A DNA stretch of 56,118 bases. Origin: Clostridia bacterium (GTDB lineage: Bacteria; Bacillota; Clostridia; Christensenellales; Aristaeellaceae). This document shows positions 7,001-13,133 of this stretch, in pieces (position 1 is the stretch's first letter; every line of letters starts with the position of its first letter). The position numbers and the translations under genes are program-made. Below the pieces are notes generated by a model. The model did no database searches and was not told the DNA's origin. It was given only the letters and a program-made list of their open reading frames with translations. The stretch lies in contig JAFXDB010000162.1 in the NCBI GenBank assembly GCA_017516305.1, forward strand, positions 1-56,118, read 5' to 3'.

Positions 7001-9601
7001 CCCGACGTGGCCGCCCGGCTGACGGCCTTTGCCGCACATTTCACCGCCGACGCCTCCCCCCTGGCCATGCCCTTCGAGGCCATGTGCGCCCGCCTGGAGC
7101 GCTGCCTGGCCGAGCCCGACGCCCTCGACCTGTGGCAGGAATGGCGCGACGCCTCCGCGGAAATGGAGGGAACCCTCTTCTCCGCCTTCGTGCCCGCCGC
7201 CATCGCTGCCGCCGTCCCCGACGAGCAGTGGACGGACGCCGCCCGCCGCCTCTTCCTGTACACCTGGGTGGAGCATGTGCTGGATGCGGAGCCGCTGCTG
7301 TCCGTGTTCCGCGCCCATAACCACCAGGAGAGCATCGCCCGCTTTGACGCCCTGGATCAGCAGCAGCTGGACATTGCCCGCAGCCGCATCCGCAAGCAGC
7401 TCATCGACGTGGTGCCGGACGAGAAGCACCGCGCCCTCTCCGCCACGGACGAGCTGGCCATCCTCCTGTCCGAGATGAACCGCAAGGGCGGCCATATGCC
7501 CCTGCGCAAGCTCTTCAGCAAAATTCCGAACCTGCTGACGACCCTGAAGCCCTGTATGATGATGTCCCCGCTGTCCGTAGCCTCCTACCTGGAGGACAAC
7601 GCCCTGACCTTCGACCTGGTCATCTTTGACGAGGCCTCCCAGATCATGCCGGAGAACGCCATCGGCGCCATCATGCGCGGCAGGCAGGTCATCGTCACCG
7701 GAGACACCAAACAGATGCCGCCCACGGACTTCTTTACCGTTTCCGTCGGCGCAAGCGACTATGACACGGATGACGAGGACGAGGCCGAGCAGGAGAGAAT
7801 CCCCGAGGAGTCCATTCTGGAGCAGTGCGCCGCCGTCCTGCCGTCCTGCCCGCTGCTGTGGCACTACCGCAGCCGCCACGAGAGTCTCATCGCCTTCTCC
7901 AACCGGGAGATCTACGCCGGCCGCCTGGTCACCTTCCCCGGCGCAGTGGATAAGCAGCCCCACCTGGGCGTGGAGCTGGAGTACGTCCCCGACGGCGTTT
8001 TCCACAAGCGCCGCAACAAGCAGGAGGCCAGGCGCTGCATCCAGCTCATTGAAGATCACATCCTGAACCGCTCCCACCGGAGCCTGGGCGTGGTAGCCTT
8101 CAGCCGCACCCAGCAGGCCGCCATCGAGGAGGAGCTGCACCGCTTCCGTATCGCTCACCCGGAATACGACGAGTTCTTCGACGAGCACAGGGAGGAGCCG
8201 TTCTTCATCAAGAATCTGGAAAACGTGCAGGGCGACGAGCGCGACACGATGATCTTCTCCGTCGGCTACGCCAAACGCGAGGGCGGCAAGCCCATGCTGC
8301 TGAACCTGGGCCCGCTGAGCGCCTCCGGCGGCGAGCGTCGCCTGAATGTCGCCATCACCCGCGCCCGCTACAACGTCAAGCTCGTTTCCTCCGTCCTTGC
8401 CGGGGATATCGACCTGTCCCGCACCGCCTCGGAGGGCACCCGCCTGCTGCGCGCCTACATCGACTATGCCGGGAAGGGCTTTGCCGCCATCGAGGCGGAC
8501 GGCGCTGTCACCGCCTCCGCCCGCTCCGACGCCTTTGCCCTCCACCTGGCGCAGGTGCTGGAGGCCGCAGGCTACCGGGTGGAGCGCGCCGTGGGCTGCT
8601 CGGACTGCCGCATCGACGTGGCCGTCTGCCATCCGACGCAGGAGGGCCGCTATGTCCTGGGCGTGATGACCGACGGCGCGGCCTACGCAGCCCAGCAGAC
8701 CTGCCGCGACCGCGACAGCCTGCAGGCCTCCGTCCTGCGCGGCATGGGCTGGCGGCTGCACCGGGTCTGGTCAGCCGACTGGCTCCAGCGCCCCGACGGT
8801 GTGGAGCGCGAGCTCCTGGCCGCCGCTGCCGACGCCATCTCCAACCCCGATCCTGTCCCTGAGCAGGACGCCCAGCCTCAGCGCGTCTGGAGCCGTCCGG
8901 CAGACACGGCGGACGCGCCGCCCGCCGTGGCCTTCCCGGATTATCAGCCCGCCCTGCTGCCCGAGGGCGAAACCCTGCCCATCAACGAGCTGGTGCTGCG
9001 CGTGGTGGAGACCGAGCAGCCCGTCCACCGGGACGAGCTGTGCCGCCGCCTGGCCCCCGCCCTGGGCCATGACCGGGTCGATCCCGGCCTTCGCCGCGAG
9101 GTGGAGGTCTCCGTGGCGCGCCTGAAGCTGGACGACCTGCGGGAGGAGGACGGCTTCCTCACCCGCGAGGGTTTCCGCCTGACCCAGCCCCGCCGCGCCG
9201 GTCACCGCAGCATCGACATGATCGCCCCCGAGGAGCTGCGCCTGGCCATATTCCTGGTGGTGAAGCACTCCTTAGGCGCAACCCGCGAGGGCGTCATCAC
9301 CCGCGTGGCGGAGCTTCTGGGCTACGAGCGCCGCGGCCCCCGCATCCAGAAAGCGCTGGAAAACGCCTTCGACTTCCTGGTCGCCGTGGGTACCATCCGC
9401 ATGACAGCGGACGGCAAGGCCGAGGTGCTGCCGGAGGAGACCCCCGCCCGCCTGATCGCCCCGGAGAGCGGCGCTGCGCTGGCGCTTCCCGCGCCGGAGC
9501 CGCCCGCCGACCCGGATGACGCGCCTGCGCTGTCCGCCCCCGAGGGCGTCATCGCCCTTCCCGCCCCTGAGCATCCCCAGGAGGTGAATGACCATGACTG
9601 A
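4019..9601 (+). CDS. DUF4011 / SF1B (Upf1-DNA2-like) helicase / restriction-endonuclease-fold / DUF3320 protein, 1860 aa
   Basis: GKRNRMINYP signature at the N-terminus. Walker A GPPGGGKS (nt 4949-4972). VIFDEASQI (~7618-7644), VTGDTKQMPPT, WHYRSRHESLIAFSN, VQGDERD, RRLNVAITRAR. Nuclease-fold CRIDVAV...MTDGAAY...GWRLHRVWSADW (~8600-8790). Confidence 0.9.
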   Translation: MTKLESAILNWENSLLDLGKRNRMINYPIRTGSRSSQQTLRLEEPGYAEIYDLLVRQGKSLTVQQPPVEKFDLRCEAVMRLFERLGSPVVPMQGVLRPAGSFTEYRKVLKNMRSKMKLAREEQGIGILYLAVGFLDWKQLTGRMEELTSPLLLVPVRLKMKSIRAPYVLEMLDEDVVVNPALNQLFQMEYGLSLPELTDENAPVDEFLARVEELARGHSWAVRRECHLALMSFQKISMYHDLKRSHDRIGQSAVLRAIAGEDAYPMDASVMDGVSLDKIRPEDSHLVVNADSSQHYAVELSRRGVSFCLQGPPGGGKSQTITNIIAQALADGKKVLFVAEKMAALDVVHRRLQKAGLGEFTLALHSHRANRKAILAEIGRPLQLEKQTLDHHALSTLDALEDLRARLNVYPALLHRVREPFGDSLYTVLGELAELQALPLVHAPLSGVEDVSRSALTAELTRLGSLSRAHARYLSLESNPYEGLQGKWTTFMARTQLQNETKAVLEDTRRLQPDIARLRDEGLLPASGELTALAALTRICALVRRQGPVSAAWYDHAGRIAALAGEALEAAAAAENARQEAAQVLLPGVKLDANAFLTRFCALESDLQAVLTGTDWQLRTDAYATHYEQLAAYIPRLNEAAERALTLLGCTGRTGREADWAMDVLAALVAAPHIETLPDAEETRAQLAQIQSLQEQAARLNEQAAAVLGSSWKDSALAVDAAAMLHRMTPDPSFFAGLRNLASVYKELQTLAPHYNGVGHPTEKIALPFLNRLAAWQDAYHAWARPAYSLALELNLPFRGLETDWSDVQQHLTSLSALAELARDPGHRTLILNALQRADIRQQAAAIPNFSRYAAFDNSLRGAAFAGDALADDIGHTLRAILSAAEDLAALRAALDALRPACVPGATMPAILSALRAADTAARSQTLVEDALRQLSALLPEENVSAQAYFAAMQTRADALSAAEEAGKALPAGLVRRLLTGCQPLPQLPALPDLPDVAARLTAFAAHFTADASPLAMPFEAMCARLERCLAEPDALDLWQEWRDASAEMEGTLFSAFVPAAIAAAVPDEQWTDAARRLFLYTWVEHVLDAEPLLSVFRAHNHQESIARFDALDQQQLDIARSRIRKQLIDVVPDEKHRALSATDELAILLSEMNRKGGHMPLRKLFSKIPNLLTTLKPCMMMSPLSVASYLEDNALTFDLVIFDEASQIMPENAIGAIMRGRQVIVTGDTKQMPPTDFFTVSVGASDYDTDDEDEAEQERIPEESILEQCAAVLPSCPLLWHYRSRHESLIAFSNREIYAGRLVTFPGAVDKQPHLGVELEYVPDGVFHKRRNKQEARRCIQLIEDHILNRSHRSLGVVAFSRTQQAAIEEELHRFRIAHPEYDEFFDEHREEPFFIKNLENVQGDERDTMIFSVGYAKREGGKPMLLNLGPLSASGGERRLNVAITRARYNVKLVSSVLAGDIDLSRTASEGTRLLRAYIDYAGKGFAAIEADGAVTASARSDAFALHLAQVLEAAGYRVERAVGCSDCRIDVAVCHPTQEGRYVLGVMTDGAAYAAQQTCRDRDSLQASVLRGMGWRLHRVWSADWLQRPDGVERELLAAAADAISNPDPVPEQDAQPQRVWSRPADTADAPPAVAFPDYQPALLPEGETLPINELVLRVVETEQPVHRDELCRRLAPALGHDRVDPGLRREVEVSVARLKLDDLREEDGFLTREGFRLTQPRRAGHRSIDMIAPEELRLAIFLVVKHSLGATREGVITRVAELLGYERRGPRIQKALENAFDFLVAVGTIRMTADGKAEVLPEETPARLIAPESGAALALPAPEPPADPDDAPALSAPEGVIALPAPEHPQEVNDHD

Positions 9602-10610
9602 CCGGCTGCCCATCCCCACGCTCCCCGAGCTGCCCATCCTGCCCGACTGTGACGCAGCACCCGCGGAGGTCACCCCCATCGCCATCCCGGCGGAGATCAT
9701 CCTGCCGCCCCTGCCCGGCGAAGCCGCAGCGGATGCCGCCATCATCCCCGCAGAGGCCGTGCCCGCTGAAATCATCCTGCCAGAGGCGCCGGAAAGCGCC
9801 ATCATCCCGGCGGAAGCCGCAGCCCCTGCAGAAAGCGGCGGCCTCGTCCCGCTGACTGACCTCCCGCTCACCCAATCCAATTCCGAATTCCGAATTCCGA
9901 ATTCCGCATTCCCCCACTGCACCAGCCGCCTGGAGCTGGCCAACACCATGGCCGACGCCTGGGACAAGGCCCGGCAAGCGCTGATCACGGGCGAGCTGGC
10001 CGCAGCGCTGGACGCCTGCGACCTGGAAGCCGCCGCCATCTGCCGCGACCAGACGGCAAACATCGCCTCCGGGCGCTGCACGCCGGACAGGGCCGTGCTG
10101 GAGGCCATCCGCCGCCTGAGCGAAATGCCCCTGGCGGTCTGGTGCGGCCGCCGCTACGCCGGTGCGTCCGACCTGGGCGGGAGCCTGCTGCAGGCCCTGC
10201 GCGGCACGGGCGTCATCCCCGCCCACCTGGACAGCCTGCTGCTGAGCGGCGCCGCCTCCGTCCTCTGCGAGCCCGCCCAGCGCGAAGCCCTCTCCGCCAT
10301 CGAAACCCGCTACGCCGCCCCGGACTGCGCCCCGCGCGAGCGCATGCTGCTGATGTACATGGCGGGCTACCTCCTGTGCGGCGTGGCCGCCTTCATCACC
10401 GGCGGCGAGACCTTCTACACCGTGGAGGAGCTGGCGGCGTGGCTGGCAGCCCGCTGCAGGCGCTCCACCGCCGCCTTCACCCAGGCCTGCCACCGCCTGC
10501 TGGACGAGAATCACCTGCTCGACCCCCAGCTGGAGGCGTGGCTGTGCGCCATCGGCCGCCGTCAGGAGGTTGCCCGCTGGCAGGCCGAGATCGACGCCGG
10601 GATGCTGTAA
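9588..10610 (+). CDS. hypothetical protein: Pro/Ala/Glu-repeat N-terminus plus Cys-rich C-terminal domain
   Basis: AGGAGG 9579-9584. ATG 9588 or, better spaced, ATG 9594. It overlaps the helicase stop (TGA 9599-9601). High GC3 throughout. No family recognised. Confidence 0.65.
   Translation: MTMTDRLPIPTLPELPILPDCDAAPAEVTPIAIPAEIILPPLPGEAAADAAIIPAEAVPAEIILPEAPESAIIPAEAAAPAESGGLVPLTDLPLTQSNSEFRIPNSAFPHCTSRLELANTMADAWDKARQALITGELAAALDACDLEAAAICRDQTANIASGRCTPDRAVLEAIRRLSEMPLAVWCGRRYAGASDLGGSLLQALRGTGVIPAHLDSLLLSGAASVLCEPAQREALSAIETRYAAPDCAPRERMLLMYMAGYLLCGVAAFITGGETFYTVEELAAWLAARCRRSTAAFTQACHRLLDENHLLDPQLEAWLCAIGRRQEVARWQAEIDAGML
9874..9913 (+). repeat. heptanucleotide tandem repeat (AATTCCG)x4 plus degenerate flanking units, inside a CDS
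   Basis: Perfect units at 9879-9885, 9886-9892, 9893-9899 and 9900-9906. Flanked by AATCC (9874-9878) and CATTCCC (9907-9913). Translated as SNSEFRIPNSAFP. Confidence 0.9.
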
Positions 10611-10677
10611 CGAGGCAGGATTTCCACCCCGAAGCAGCGAATGTACATTGTTGACGATTTCCGACAGAACGGAGCGA

Positions 10678-11946
10678 ATGATTGCCATGAACCATGCCTG
10701 TTATCTGCAGAAGATCAAGTCCTCCCTGGCGCCCTCCACCGGCTGCACCGAGCCTGCGGCCATCGCGCTCAACGCCGCCACCGCCCGGGCCCATATTGCC
10801 GGGCGCATCACCCGCGTCACCGCCCGCCTGGATGCGTACCTGTTCAAGAATGCCATGGGCGTGGGCATCCCCGGCGCGGACGAGCGCGGCGTGAGCCTGT
10901 GCGTCGCCCTGGGCATCACCGCCGGCGACCCCTGTGCCGGCATGAACGCCCTGCACACCGTCAAGCCCGAGCAGCTGCAGGAGGCCAAGCTCCTGCGGGA
11001 GATGGTGGCGGTGGAGATTGCCGAGGAAGCGAAGGGCCTGTACATCGAAACCATCATCGAAACGGCGGAGGACCGGGTGCGCGTCATCACCTGCGGCAGG
11101 CACGACTGCATCGCCCGCATCGAACACGCCCCCTTCGCGGCTTTCACACCGGCAGCCGACGATGACGCCGAGTCCGCCCACGAGGGCTCTCTGAGCGAGT
11201 TCATCGAGTTTGCCCGCACCTGTCCGCTGGAGGAGCTGCACTTCCTGCGCGACGCGCTGAACATGAACCGCGTCGTGTATTACCGCGCCATGGAGGAGGG
11301 CCTGGCCCACTGCGTGCTGCCCAACATGCTCCTGCAGGATGGCAGCCTCTACGCCCAGGCCAAGAAGATGGCCGGCACCGCCTCCTACGCCCGCATGCAC
11401 GGCATTCCCCTGCCGGTCATGACCGCCACCGGCTCCGGCAACCAGGGCCTGACCCTGTTCCTGACGGTGGACGCGGCGGCCCGCACCTTCAATGTGTCCG
11501 AGGAGCGGCTGCTGCGGGCCCTTGCCTGCGCGGCCCTGGCGAATGTCTACATCAAGAGCTTCATCGGCCCCCTCTCCAGCGTCTGCGCCTGCGGCGTGGC
11601 CTCGGGCCTGTCCGCCTCCATCGGCGTGGTCTACCTGATGGGCGGCGGCGAAAAGGAGATGCTGCAGGCCAGCCGCAACATTCTGGGCACCCTGTCCGGC
11701 ATGATCTGCGACGGCGCCAAGGAGGGCTGCGCGGCCAAGGTGGCCCTGTCCGCAGGCCTGGCGGTGGAATCCGCCTGCCTGGCCATGGAGGGCGGCGGCA
11801 TCCACGCCCAGGACGGCATCCTGGACGACAGCTTCGACCGCCTCATCGAGCACCTGGGCGAGCTGGTCTGCGTCGGCATGGGCAGCACCAACGACACCAT
11901 CGTCCACATCATGAAGGACGAGAAGATGCGTCGGCCGGACTGCTGA
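10678..11946 (+). CDS. UPF0597 / L-cysteine desulfidase family (serine dehydratase alpha-like)
   Basis: Start at ATG 10678 (or 10687). LAPSTGCTEPAAIALNAA motif as in YhaM-type proteins. About 420 aa. Confidence 0.75.
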   Translation: MIAMNHACYLQKIKSSLAPSTGCTEPAAIALNAATARAHIAGRITRVTARLDAYLFKNAMGVGIPGADERGVSLCVALGITAGDPCAGMNALHTVKPEQLQEAKLLREMVAVEIAEEAKGLYIETIIETAEDRVRVITCGRHDCIARIEHAPFAAFTPAADDDAESAHEGSLSEFIEFARTCPLEELHFLRDALNMNRVVYYRAMEEGLAHCVLPNMLLQDGSLYAQAKKMAGTASYARMHGIPLPVMTATGSGNQGLTLFLTVDAAARTFNVSEERLLRALACAALANVYIKSFIGPLSSVCACGVASGLSASIGVVYLMGGGEKEMLQASRNILGTLSGMICDGAKEGCAAKVALSAGLAVESACLAMEGGGIHAQDGILDDSFDRLIEHLGELVCVGMGSTNDTIVHIMKDEKMRRPDC

Positions 11947-11995
11947 TTTATTCGGGAATAATTTGCAGAAAAGCAACGAAAAATGAAACATAAGA

Positions 11996-12032
11996 GGCTT
12001 CCGCAGCCTATATATCTGCAGAAGCCCTTTTT
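11996..12032 (+). terminator. intrinsic terminator
   Basis: GGCTTCCGCAG / CTGCAGAAGCC stem (one mismatch) followed by CTTTTT. Confidence 0.65.
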
Positions 12033-12064
12033 CACACCTTCATCAGCACAAAGGAGGAGCCCCC

Positions 12065-12841
12065 ATGAAAACCACCCCCGTCGCCTCTGCATCCCAGCTG
12101 GGCAGCCGCGCCTGGAAGGCCGCCCTCGCCACCTGGCCCACCCTGCTGGCCATCCTCTTTGTCATCTATGCGCTGAACGAGGCGCAGTATCACCTCATGC
12201 CGCTGCTGGCGTTCGTCCTGAGCCTCGTGGCGATATTTTTCCATATGGGTCGCACCCGCGGCGCGCTGACCTATCTGCGCGGGGGCGAGATCACCTTCAG
12301 CCACATCGGCAGCATGTTCCCATACTGGAAGCAGGTCATCTGCTACACCCTCTGGGAAGGGCTGTTCGTTTTCCTGTGGATGCTGCCGGGACTGTTCCTG
12401 TTGGGCATGGGCTTCCTGATGATCTACTCCGCCACCGGCGACGCCACCATCACCATGTCCGTCGCAGCCGCCTCCGGCACCGCGATTGCGGGCATCGTCA
12501 TTCTGACGATCGGCCTGGTGCTGCTGCTCGTGCTGCTCTTCCGCACGTCGCTCAACTACCTGCTGGCTGGCTGCTGCATCATTGACGATCCCCACATGGG
12601 CGGCCTCGCCGCGCTGGAAAAGTCCAAGCAGCTGATGCGCGGCCACCGCTGGCGCTATGTGTGCATGAGCTTCCCGTTCGTGCTGATGTTCATTGTTGTC
12701 GCGTCCATTCAGGTCTCCTTTGCCCAGGAGATGATCTCCTCCGCCGGTCACGCGCTGTTCTCCCTCCTGAACATCATCCCGCAGCTCCTCAGCACTTACC
12801 TCATCCCCGTGCTGTACCAGGAGCTGAACGACCGGGCGTGA
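12065..12841 (+). CDS. DUF975-like integral membrane protein
   Basis: AAAGGAGGAG SD. 258-aa multi-pass membrane protein with DUF975-like layout (N-terminal SQLGSRAWKAAL..., central KSKQLMRGHRW). Confidence 0.5.
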   Translation: MKTTPVASASQLGSRAWKAALATWPTLLAILFVIYALNEAQYHLMPLLAFVLSLVAIFFHMGRTRGALTYLRGGEITFSHIGSMFPYWKQVICYTLWEGLFVFLWMLPGLFLLGMGFLMIYSATGDATITMSVAAASGTAIAGIVILTIGLVLLLVLLFRTSLNYLLAGCCIIDDPHMGGLAALEKSKQLMRGHRWRYVCMSFPFVLMFIVVASIQVSFAQEMISSAGHALFSLLNIIPQLLSTYLIPVLYQELNDRA

Positions 12842-12870
12842 TCGGTACACGAAAAGTACATTCCGCCCCC

Positions 12871-12900
12871 TTGACATTCCTGTATACAGGATACTATAAT
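12871..12900 (+). promoter_or_regulatory. sigma-A promoter with palindromic operator in the spacer
   Basis: TTGACA 12871-12876, 18-nt spacer, TATAAT 12895-12900. Perfect 12-bp palindrome CCTGTATACAGG at 12879-12890. Confidence 0.65.
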
Positions 12901-12925
12901 GCCAACCATAAGGAGGTGCTGCAGG

Positions 12926-13000
12926 ATGCTGCGTTCCTATTTCTTCGCGTTTACGTTCCCGGCTGCTTATTTTGCAACCGGGCCAGTTGACGTACCGTGA
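12926..13000 (+). CDS. 24-codon Phe/Tyr-rich leader peptide (MLRSYFFAFTFPAAYFATGPVDVP)
   Basis: AGGAGG 12911-12916, ATG 12926, TGA 12998-13000. 5 Phe and 2 Tyr in 24 codons. Lies between the promoter and a terminator upstream of the DAHP synthase gene. Confidence 0.6.
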   Translation: MLRSYFFAFTFPAAYFATGPVDVP

Positions 13001-13050
13001 AGAAAGCCAACGCCATTCCTGTCCACCGACTGTGAAAAGCAGGAAAAATG

Positions 13051-13092
13051 CGCGGAAGCTCCCTTTGCGGAGCGTCCGCGCTTTTCATTTTC
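13051..13092 (+). terminator. intrinsic terminator (attenuator) in the aroF leader
   Basis: GCGCGGAAGCTCC-ctttgc-GGAGCGTCCGCGC (12 bp plus 1 mismatch) followed by TTTTCATTTT. Confidence 0.7.
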
Positions 13093-13133
13093 CACCTTTT
13101 CTGCTACAATATGTAAGGAGGAAACTCACTAAG

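Noticed and set aside
3998-8761. Long minus-strand ORFs 3998-6646 (882 aa) and 6899-8761 (620 aa) antisense to the helicase gene
   Set aside because: Gly/Ala/Gln/Leu/His-rich low-complexity translations without motifs. They are typical stop-poor shadow frames of a GC-rich gene. The plus-strand frame carries all the helicase motifs.
12972-13133. ATG 12972 as the DAHP synthase start, and TTG 30964 as the NUDIX start
   Set aside because: 12972 lies inside the leader-peptide/terminator region and adds 54 non-homologous residues. TTG 30964 has no SD and lies inside the AT-rich repeat, whereas GTG 30919 has GGAGGTG upstream.
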